A DNA stretch of 12,933 nucleotides from Takakia lepidozioides (Eukaryota > Plantae > Bryophyta). The notes under the pieces were generated by a model, which saw only the letters and a program-made list of their open reading frames with translations, did no database searches and was not told where the DNA came from. Numbering within the stretch: the first letter of the stretch is position 1; every line of letters starts with the position of its first letter. Position numbers and translations under genes: made by a program. The stretch lies in contig JAKLZA010000176.1 of NCBI GenBank assembly GCA_030704615.1, positions 1-12,933 on the forward strand, given 5' to 3'. This document shows, one piece after another, positions 1 through 9,447 of this stretch.

Positions 1-291
1 TTGTGAGTGGACTAAGACCAGCGTTTGCAAAAGACAGGTGGATAGTTTACCCCTAATACAGTTGGAGGATGGCATTTGAAACTGCGAACAGAATGAGCAA
101 TTGGGATATGCTCATGAGAGAGAAAAAAGAAATGAGGGACTCTGAGGATGAGTCAGATGAAGGAAAAGCAAGAACTAAAGAAAGAGTAAGAGAAAGGAGA
201 CTTTGAAGAGGGATAACTATTAAAAAAAATTGTGAAGAATCTTGAAGAAGTATGCCACAGAGCTGCAACACATTGGAGGAAGGGTGTATTG

Positions 292-393
292 TGTGCAAAG
301 TGCCAGAATGAAGGCCATACCACCACAGAATGCCACGTGAAGGAGAAACACTGTACTATCTGTAAAATGGATAACCATTCTACTGTGAATTGT
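292..393 (+). other. Tandem CCHC zinc knuckles 1 and 2 of the nucleocapsid
   Basis: CAKCQNEGHTTTEC-HVKEKH-CTICKMDNHSTVNC in ORF 232..438. Confidence 0.92.
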
Positions 394-662
394 TTACTAC
401 AACAGAAGGACAAGCTGCAAGAGAACCTAGGCAAGTAAGGGTGCATCAGGTGCAGCCCCAGCCAAGAGAAACAATGATCAGGACACTATGGTAGGTCGGG
501 TTATAACAATGGCATGGAAGGAGAGGTAATTCAGAGGGAATTACAAGAAATTCCAGAGGCAACTATCAGGGTAATCCAAGGGGGAATTACCAAGCCCGGG
601 AATCATGATTATGAAATAATCCAAGAACAGACCAAGGGCGAGGACCACATTGGTGAAAGCTA

Positions 663-704
663 TGTTACTATTGTAATCAGCCAGGACATCGCAAGGCAGC
701 CTGT
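663..704 (+). other. Third CCHC zinc knuckle (not in the ORF track)
   Basis: tgt tac tat tgt aat cag cca gga cat cgc aag gca gcc tgt = CYYCNQPGHRKAAC. Confidence 0.9.
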
Positions 705-1276
705 TCATTCTAGATAAGACACACCAGAATGAGATGAGAGCTCCTGTGAATGAGGGCCCAGTGGTGGCAGCTCACATGGTTAGGCCATGTGTTGTACCAG
801 AAGTAAGTACAATGATAGTAACAAGAAGTAAGCCAAACTAATACCTCCAGTAGAAGAGGAAGAAGATGAGACGGAAGTGGCAATGATATGCCTGAAGATG
901 AAGAGCCATGAAAGATGAAGGAACTGCACAAGGAGTGGCAGATACTATAAGGGAAATGCAAAAGAGTACTGATATTCCTGTGGCAGATTCCTCTGATTCG
1001 GATGGAGAAAAAGAAGGGAGTCAGGAAGAAAGGAAAAAATAAGATGCAGACATGCAAAGTAATGAAGAGACTTTGGGCTGAAAGTAATATGTCAGACCAA
1101 AGCAGAAATTACCATTGGACAGCTATTAGCTGTGGCACCTTATTGTAGGCACAGGCTGTATCAAGCAATCAATCGAATTTGCCCAAGAGACAGGAAACAC
1201 AGACCTGAACAGCAAGGTGACCAGTTATAATTTGAAGCCGGAAGGGCGAGAACCAGTCATGGACTTTGATGATTCT

Positions 1277-1630
1277 ATGCCAGTAATCCAATTGAGAATT
1301 GGAAGCACAGAACTAACTGATGTCTGATAGATGGTGGTTCTGGAGTAAATATCATGATAGACCAATTAAGGAAGAAGCTTGGTCTAAGTAACATGAAACC
1401 AGCCCCATTTACAGTAACAATGGCAGATCAAAGAAGTGTGCAGCCATTGGGATTAATAAGAGGAGTTAAGAGACAGATACAGAAAATGATCTTTATGATC
1501 CACAGTCACTGTATTAAAAATGGATGAAGTCATGGAGGCTTACTCCTTATTATTTGGGACGTCCGGGCTGAAACAAGGCCAGGGTATTCCATGACTGGAT
1601 TCTCAGTTACTAACCGTGCATAATGGGATA
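1277..1630 (+). pseudogene. pol: Retropepsin-like aspartic protease domain of pol, frameshifted
   Basis: MPVIQLRIG..., then LIDGGSGVNIM (catalytic Asp codon 1330-1332), FTVTMADQRSVQPLG, and YSLLFG/RP near 1541-1565 (LLGRPW-type motif). Confidence 0.88.
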
Positions 1631-1959
1631 CAAGAGATACAAATTCCACAAAGAAATCTAGTAGATTACCTGCTACAAGAAGACCTCGAGGAGTCAAAGA
1701 GTATGACTGGAGAGGAGGACTGGATGAGGAGCAGGAGCTACCCTATTTGCTGCACACCCAGAGTGGAGCAGGTTGCAGAGATGCGGCTGGAACAAGCCTA
1801 AGTTGTTTGAAGGTATCTGCTGTGGTGTAGTGACAGCAACACCAACTGAAGAGGAAAACCAAAGAGAGGAAATAGAAATCCTAGAAAGAATCAAGCCACT
1901 GTGAGCTTACAGGATGAAGTGGTGACTGGTTGGACAATCACAACTGAGGAGCAGGTGAG

Positions 1960-2790
1960 AGAAGTAAATGTGGGAACTAAAGAGGAACCGAGGATGGTGA
2001 AGGTAGGAGCTGATTTGGAGCCCGGAATTCTTCGAAGAAGCTAAAAGCTTGTTCATCAAATACAGAGATGTATTTGCTTGGAGCTATGAGGATCTAAAAG
2101 GGATACCACCTGAAGTCTGTCAGCAATCGATTGAACTGGAACCAGGGTCAGTACCAATCAAGCAGGCGAGGTATAGAATGAATCCCAACTACGCACAGAA
2201 GGTTGGAGAAGAGATAAAGAAGTTGGCTGAGGCTAAGTTTTATATACCCCATAGAGTATACAACTTGGTTGTCACCCATTGTTATAGTTCCCAGAAGAAT
2301 GGCAAACTAAGAGTATGTGTGAACTATAAGAAGCTGAATGCTTGTACGAAGAAAGATCCTTCCCTTTGCCATTCACAGAAGCAGTATTAGACACACTGTG
2401 GCAGGCCATGAGATGTACCATTCATGGATGGCTTCAGTGGTTATAATCAAAGTGCAAGTGGCAGAAGAAGACCAGGGAAAACAGCTTTCATCACAGACTG
2501 GGGGGCTTATGCATACAAAGTCATGCCCTTTGGACTTTGTAATGCACGCACCAGCGACCTTTCAGAGAGTGATAAGTGAATCTTTTCATGAGTATCTGGA
2601 TGATTTCATGCAGGTATTCTTGGATGATTTCAGTGTGTACAGCTCTAAGAGTGAGCACTTGTATAAATTGGAGTTATGTTTGGCCAGATGCAGGATGAGA
2701 GGTCTGGGCCTGAATCCAGAGAAGTGTACTTTCTGTGTGAACTCAGGGGTGCTTCTTGGGACACATTGTGTGTGAAGGGACTCATTGTGG
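1960..2790 (+). pseudogene. pol: Reverse transcriptase domain of pol, frameshifted
   Basis: YRDVFAWSYEDLKGI, KNGKLRVCVNYKKLN, FMDGFSGYNQ (alternative frame ~2421-2450), MPFGLCNA/PATFQR, catalytic VFLDDF (FLDD 2617-2628), LNPEKCTF...LLGH. Confidence 0.97.
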
Positions 2791-3039
2791 ATCCCAGAAG
2801 ACAGAGCCCATTAAAGCCTCTCCACCACCAGTGAATGTTAAAAGTCTACGAAGATTTCCTTGGGCAAACCAGTTATTACAGGAGATTTGTCAAAGGTATG
2901 CACAAATAGCAGCACCATTGAGCAAACTACTGAAGAAAGATGCAGTGTTTGCCTGGACAGCGGAATGTCAACAGACATTGAGGAACTTACACTGTCAGTA
3001 ACAACTACACCTGTACTGATTAACCCTCACTGGCATGTA

Positions 3040-3432
3040 GTATTCCATGTTTACTGCGATGCATCAGGAGAAGCTTTGGGAGCGGTGTTAGCCATTCTGT
3101 TACAGGGAATATAGATTCACCTGTGTACTATGCTAGCCGGTTGATGACAGTGCTGAGAGGAACTATAGCACAACGGAAAGAGAAGCATTGGCAATGATCT
3201 ATGCAGTGAAGAAATTCAGGCATTACCTGTTGGGCAAGAAGTGTTATGTTTCTATGTGGATCACCAGGCTCTGATATACCTGGTAAACAAACCTCTGATA
3301 AGCGGAAGAATAGCAAGATGGTTGATAATCTTGCACGAGTTTGAGTTCGAGGTTGTTTACAAGCCTGGGAGACTGCATCTTGTTGTGGCGGATCATTTGT
3401 CACGATTGTCAACAGGAGAACCAGCCACAGGA
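3040..3432 (+). pseudogene. pol: RNase H domain of pol, frameshifted
   Basis: FHVYCDASG (Asp 3058-3060), [57 protein letters not shown]...VADHLSRL. Confidence 0.95.
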
Positions 3433-3609
3433 TAGATGATCAATTACCAGATGCGAGTCTCTTTGCAGTGGAGGTGCAGGGAAGTGCAGATGACTGGTTA
3501 GATTGGCAGTGGCCAATCAGATACTACCTTGCTCATGGTCAGTGCCCACCTAGTTATGGTAAGAGCAGAGGAAGAGAATCGCTATCAAAGCTTTACCTTA
3601 TACTATGGT

Positions 3610-4878
3610 AGGAAGCGAATGTATAAGTTAGGACCTGATGGAGTACTAAAACGATGCTTGTACCACCATGAAGTAAATAAAGTTTTGGCGGAAGTTCATA
3701 AAGGAGTGGCTGGAGGTCATTTTGGAGAAGAGACTACCAAGTAGAAAGATAGTACTCGCAGGATACTGGTGGCCTACTTTGTTCAAAGATGTACACGAGT
3801 ATTGTCAGAAGTGTGATGAATGTCAGAGGCTAGGACCTTTGCAGAGATCTGGAAGGATGGCCTTGCATCCTACAATGCCTACGAACCATTTCAGAAATGG
3901 GGACTAGACTTTGTTGGACCAATTAACCCCACCATCCAAGAATACACGAAACAGGTCCATATTACAGCCACTGATTATACTACAAAGTGGGTGGAAGCTA
4001 AAGCTTTGAGGGAAACATAGCCAAGTCCACAGCAAGGTTCCTGTACGAGAACATACTTACACGATTTGGCTGTCCCTTAGAATTTATCAGTGATCAAGGA
4101 AGTCACTTCATGAATGCGACCATTGAGTTGTTGACTAAAGAGTTTATGATTGTGCATAGAAAGAGTACAACATATTACCCGCAGGGTAATGGGCAGGCAG
4201 AGGCTACCAACAAAATACTATGTACTATCTTGGCTAAGATAGTCAATGCAAAGAACGGATTGGGATACAAAACTGCTGACAGCTTTGTGGTCATACAGGA
4301 CTTCATATAAAGTCACCACTAAGTATACACCATTCCAATTAGTTTATGGTATGGAAGCCTTACTTCCAGTGGAATTCCTGTTACCTACCATGAGAACGGA
4401 GTGGGGAAAAAGAATGGAATTGCAAGACTCCATCAAGATCAGGAACATGAATATACCATGTGGAGAAGTACGTGCTGATGCAGCTGATAATATGACCAGA
4501 ATTCAGATGAAGCGAAAGGAACAGTTTGATGAAGGCAAGTTAAAGACTTTTAAGACGGGGGATTTGGTTCTATGGTTGCAGAAGAAAGGAAAGATTCAAG
4601 CTTCTAAGCTTAAATCACCGTGGAAAGGACCTTATGTCATACAAAAGATGTATGATAACAACACCGCCATGTTACAAACCATTAACAAAGAAATGCTGGG
4701 AAGAGTCAATGCAAATAAGTTGAAGGGGTACAGTGGTATCCATGACAAACCCCTGCAGCATGATTTGCATGTTGAACCGCAAGAGCAGTCACGGGCTGCA
4801 CCAGTGTTACGAACGGAGTATGGAACACTTGTCGCTAGGCCCAGCATATATGACCAGGGGTGGGCAAAACAAACGTGA
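3610..4878 (+). pseudogene. pol: Integrase (HHCC zinc finger, DD35E core, GPY/F module; no chromodomain), frameshifted
   Basis: HKGVAGGH...GYWWPTL...[17 protein letters not shown] (D 3907-3909). SDQGSHF (D 4092-4094) and QGNGQAE (E 4200-4202) are exactly 36 codons apart, giving D35E. WKGPY at 4621-4635. Stop at 4876-4878. Confidence 0.97.
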
Positions 4879-5173
4879 CACATCCTATCACAGCCCATCA
4901 AGGCAAAGCAACACAGCCTATCACAGCCCATCACGACGTGACACAGCCTACATCACAGCCCATCAGGCGCAACACAGCCTATCACACAGCACAACCAAAC
5001 CCTAAAACGCCCATCACGACGTGACACAGCCTATCACAGCCCAGCACGGCGCAACACAGCCTATAACAACCTACCACAGCATGTCACAGCCTATCACAGC
5101 TTACCACGGTGCATCACAGCCTATCACATCATAACACAGTATGACACAGCCTGTCACAGCTCAACACAGCCTA
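4875..5173 (+). repeat. Tandem array 1: ~10-bp CACAGC-core units with ~30/60-bp higher-order structure
   Basis: Repeated units such as gtgacacagc|ctatcacagc|ccatcacgac and gcaacacagc|ctatcacagc begin at the pol stop codon. Confidence 0.93.
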
Positions 5174-5872
5174 CTACTACTAAGTTACACGATCCATAGA
5201 ATCAGTGACAAGTGGACACATAATAACTTCAGGAAAATGGCTGACGGAAGAGGAAACGGAAATTACTTTAAAAATGGACACGTGGAGGTCAGGGCGCGAC
5301 ACACAGCCGAGAAGGAAGTGCAAGAACAGGTGTCAAAAAGGAAAGAGGACAAGAACGGCCGTCAAAAGGGATGAAAGGCGGGCCCATTAATGAGTACGGA
5401 AAAAGGGAAACGGAACGAACGGCAAGTACAGAAAAGCGGAATTCTTGTCACATGTGTGATCCTAGTGGACTATCCAACAGGGAAAGTCCACTAAAGAAGA
5501 TAAAATCTAAAATCCAGTCACAGCGGATACAGCCAATAGAGAACCAGAGAAAGGATCAAGAAAATGGAGGGAAATTGAGCGCAAGAGGCGGCGTCGTTCT
5601 GAGTAACGGGCGTCTCGACAGGGCAGACCATCAATGCTATACCTTGGAAACTATGGAGGAACTAACAGACTATACGCTCGCAATATTACTTACGCAGTGG
5701 CATAGACACGAAAGGACAGAGCAGAGCTTTTCTCTCTTGAGCGATGCTTGCAAGCCCCGCAGGCTTACAAGAAATTACCCATAGCTTTCTGCGGCAACCA
5801 TACGTTTATGCTTTTGTGCACTACAGGCATTCCTGCAGTTGTTACAGCCAAAAACAGTTTTGTGAGTCTAAA

Positions 5873-8800
5873 ATGAAGAGAGTGAGAGGAATGGAGGAAA
5901 TCAGGGTGAAGAGCACCACAATTCTGCAGAAACAAACGATTGCTACCCCACAGGCGATACAGATACTGGAGGAGCTGAGATTGCAAGGATTGCAAAGCCT
6001 AGATTGGACACTACACCATAGACAGTACATGTTACAATTTTTGCAGAACTTTGAGCCAAGGACAGGAACAACAACGGTGAAGGGAGTTGAATTAATGATT
6101 ACTCCCCTATATCTCCAGCAATTGTTTCGATTGCCAGCAGGTCAGGTGCATGTGGAGCAACACAGGGCAAGACTGCAAATAGAGGACTTATTCCAAGAAG
6201 GGAGTTTCTTTAAACTCAGGGTTATGCTTGTACCAAGCTGTGTACCCAGGGTTAAAAGAGGTAGGCCAGGTATTGAACGTTTTGATTGCCATGAACAGAA
6301 CCAACAGTATTTGAGCAGATCTTTCACGGAGGAAATACTCAAAGGCCTGAAGGGACGAGAGGTACAATGGGCGGACATAATGTACAACGCACTGGTAGAG
6401 GAGATGAAAAGATTACAAGGTACTACCGCAAAGTCTCCTATAATAGTGTCTGGCCCAATCATTGCTTAAATAATCCTTGATTCTGGCATACTTAATGCGC
6501 AAGAAGAAAGGAAATGGGAGTGTTTAGCCAGCAAACAACTGCAATGGAAGAGCAAGGCTCTTCACACAGTGAGGGTGGACTAGCAGGGCAACCCGACTAA
6601 GAGGCAGAGACGGGGAAAGACTGTGTGGCGAGGCACTGGCTTCACGGATTCCGCATGATAATGTTTCCCAAGCTCATGGCCAGGAAGGGGCACAGCAGCA
6701 CAAAGAAATGCTATTACTGGAAGCAGGACCTTCAGAGAGGGAGGAGGAAGTTACTTCTGCATCACAACCATCACAGCCACCTGAACAACTTGTCACAAGG
6801 TCACAAGTTATCCATGCAGCTCAACCAGAAATAATTGATTTGGAAAGTGAAGGGTTAGATATTCCAACTACAGAACAGATAGTGGCAGAAATAGAGAAGG
6901 GGGACCTTCTCTATGAATATTCTGGTCTGGTCAAGGAGACAGAAATCCCAGAGGTGCAACAGTTGCCCAAGGAAAATCCTGAGGTGCATATAATACACAC
7001 ACCTGTGTCGGAGGTACCACAGGCGGAAGTCATGACACTGTAGCACCCGGTGATAGATGAAGTAGTTCAGGAAGAAAATCCGGTGGGACAATGGCCTGAA
7101 TGGTTAGTGAGACATCACACTGTTGAAGATCAGGAGGAACAAGCACACCTCACCATGATGACCCTCAACAGGCAATGCTGATGAGTTCCATAGGCAGGAC
7201 ACTTAATTTGTTGGGGACTTATGTCAAATCCCATGTTCCAATTACCCAATTGACAGCCTTGAGAGAGGAACTCAGGAAGGAGTTTGAGGCTCGACTAGCC
7301 ACTGAGTGTGCAAACAAGGTCGATGAAGAGGTCACTCTCAAGATGAAGCAGGACTTGGGAAATACAGAAATGGCTTTGCAATTGGCCAAGGAACAATTGA
7401 TTGAGGCAGGCCTCGCGCAAGACCAGTTGCACGAAGCACATAAGCAACAGCTATACCAAATGCAGGTGCAGCATGAAAGCAAGTTGCAAGAACTGAATGC
7501 ACTACATACGGAGTTGCAGACAGTGCATAACAGGATGGCGATACAATGTGCTACATTTACAACTATGCTTGACCAATCTACAAAAGAAATAAACAGTCAA
7601 GCGGAAAAATGTACGAAGGCAGAAGAAGAGAATGTTGAGCAAATGAAGCTCATTGTCGATATGAAGAATACAATCTGTCGCAATGAAGATACTTTCAAGC
7701 AATACAGGCAGATTGAAGCTGATCAAGAGAAGCACATCGTGGAGTTGCAACAAACCATCATGGCCAATAGAAATGAAATCGCGGTCAATAACAAGGCTTG
7801 GAAGGAAGCCAATAATCTACTTGCTGCTTATGCGCAATTGGTTGAACCTCAGGCAAAGCGCATGGAGGCTTTACAACAGCAGTTGGAATTGTACAAGCTA
7901 AGAGAGGAGCAAACTCTCAGGGGAACCACAAGCAACTTGGTGGATAACAGCCTTATGCAGGTCTGGTTAGCACAAGGGCCAGTAGAGGGCAAAGCACCAC
8001 GGAAGCTCACCCAAACGAGATGAATGAGCTCAGGCTGCAGGTGCAGAACATTGCCACAACTACTATAGACAATGTCTATAGTAGGATAGCAGAGTTACAA
8101 GAGGATGTAGATGGACTCCAGACTCAAGTGGAGACCTCACTTCAAACATCGACCAAAGAGTCTATATCCCTCAGGAACAGCTAATGGCTTCTTATTTACA
8201 AGCCAGAACTTTGGCTTTTCAGTCTTCACAGGAGGTGCAGGAGATGCCAATGATACAAGAGCCAGTACCACCACCACCACAACAAGTCACTGTACCAGTA
8301 GCTGAACCTGTGGTTACTACAACCACACCACAGCCACCACAGCCGAGGTATGGGGCAATGCCGCTTTTAACCCACCTAAAACTCCAGCTGCAAGGGAGTA
8401 CAGTAGGGCTATGATTATGCCCTTCAACCAAATTCCCATCATGTTGGATTTGGCTTGGAAAGAATTTAGTCCTCCGCAGTCATTCGCACATTACTACCAA
8501 ATCATGCGTATTTGGCTGCCAGTGGCAACTAGGACTAAAGTTCTTCCGAACAATCGACATATTGAAGATCATCACTTTGCACAATACTGGCACGAGGCAG
8601 GTACCATGTTGAGGGAATTGATTGCTTTCCAGGTTGTACATGGACTCATTTATACCAAGACCAAGGAGATAGCAAGTATTGTCATGGGTGCGGTTATACT
8701 ACGCTGCTTGTTTTCTGGTACGTTACCACATTGAGCAACAAAAGATGCAAACACGCTTTCAAAGTTATTCCAGTGGAGATCATTGGGTATTACCTTCGGT

Positions 8801-9410
8801 GCCACCTCATATGTACCTATATGACCCAAAAGTTATGATGCAAAAGGATTCTCAAATTCGTTCATGGTTTCAAGCGGCCTGGAACCATTTGTCAACACAG
8901 AAATTCGGCATTGATGACATTTTCTATAAAGGACATGTGGCATGGAAGTACTTGCACGCTGCACCAGTAATTGGTACCCCACTCACCTGGACAGACAAGG
9001 AGCTCAGTGTCTACACCAATTTTGCTGTTCAGCGGTTACACCATGTTGTAAAATACAAACTTCCAGACATGGTAGGACAGCATTGTATGCCCCAGATGAT
9101 TACACAAAAAGTTCGAAAATTAAAACACCTGAGAGGCGATGAGGATTCTGATACAACTGTTTCTTCACCGAATTCTTTTGACATGGGAGAAGACTATGCA
9201 ATTCAGATGGCAGAGAAGAAGCGACGGGGGTCTCCTATGCCGGAAAGGTTACCTCGATATCAGCCTCCAGAGGGCCTCACTTATCCAGGTAGTGATCAAC
9301 CATCTCCGTCAACCAGAGACAGACCTCGGGCTCGTACACACAGTCCGCCACGAAACTCTCAACGTCAAGAAGGTGCTCACTCACAAAGGTTTGCTAGTCG
9401 AAATCAGTAA
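5873..9410 (+). pseudogene. Large accessory ORF2 of the retrotransposon (~1,180 codons after frame repair): plant-transposon/PMD-like N-domain, acidic linker, coiled coil, Pro-rich hinge, unknown C-domain
   Basis: Consecutive + strand fragments (5744..6469, 6708..7043, 7175..8023, an unlisted frame ~8014-8184, 8184..8414, 8411..8734, 8679..9410) join through single indels or in-frame stops (TAA 6467, TAG 7041). ATG at 5873; final TAA about 20 nt before the PPT. Confidence 0.8.
7175..8184 (+). other. Long coiled-coil region of ORF2
   Basis: Q/E/L/K-rich heptad-like, nearly Pro-free sequence, e.g. LQLAKEQLIEAGLAQDQLHEAHKQQL...MEALQQQLELYKLREEQ...IAELQEDVDGLQTQVE. Confidence 0.8.
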
Positions 9411-9430
9411 ACCGTGAGGACAGCTCTTTT

Positions 9431-9444
9431 GAGGGGGGAAGGGG
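9431..9444 (+). promoter_or_regulatory. Polypurine tract (plus-strand primer)
   Basis: gaggacagctctttt-GAGGGGGGAAGGGG-taa-TGTTAG is a classic Gypsy PPT/LTR junction. Confidence 0.9.
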
Positions 9445-9447
9445 TAA

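Larger units (their letters stand above)
1..1180 (+). pseudogene. gag: gag C-terminal part (capsid C-terminus, nucleocapsid zinc knuckles, gag-pol linker), frameshifted
   Basis: Stitching frames gives VSGLRPA...PNT..AFETANRM (3-100, like the end of a capsid domain). CX2CX4HX4C knuckles lie at 292-333, 352-393 and 663-704. IVTRSK (~815-832) and QTKAEITIGQLLAVAPYCRHRL (1093-1158) are motifs typical of the pre-protease linker. Confidence 0.85.

Noticed and set aside
53-1057. Minus-strand ORFs opposite gag (and others opposite pol/ORF2)
   Set aside because: Shadow frames of purine-rich coding sequence with no recognisable motifs
1330-1341. Protease DGGS instead of DT/SG as a sign of inactivation or novelty
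   Set aside because: DGGS-type active sites are common in plant non-chromovirus Gypsy proteases
4875-5173. CRISPR-like array (also considered for 9569-9890)
   Set aside because: Units are contiguous ~10-bp degenerate repeats with no unique spacers, there are no cas genes, and the context is a eukaryotic retrotransposon
7175-8023. SMC/myosin/tropomyosin-like host gene
   Set aside because: Only generic coiled-coil composition with no ATPase or motor motifs; it is continuous with the flanking ORF2 fragments inside the element
8660-8725. Transmembrane segment implying ORF2 is a retroviral-type envelope
   Set aside because: The hydrophobic stretch IASIVMGAVILRCLF is short, interrupted by Arg and spans a frameshift; no signal peptide or fusion-protein hallmarks were seen
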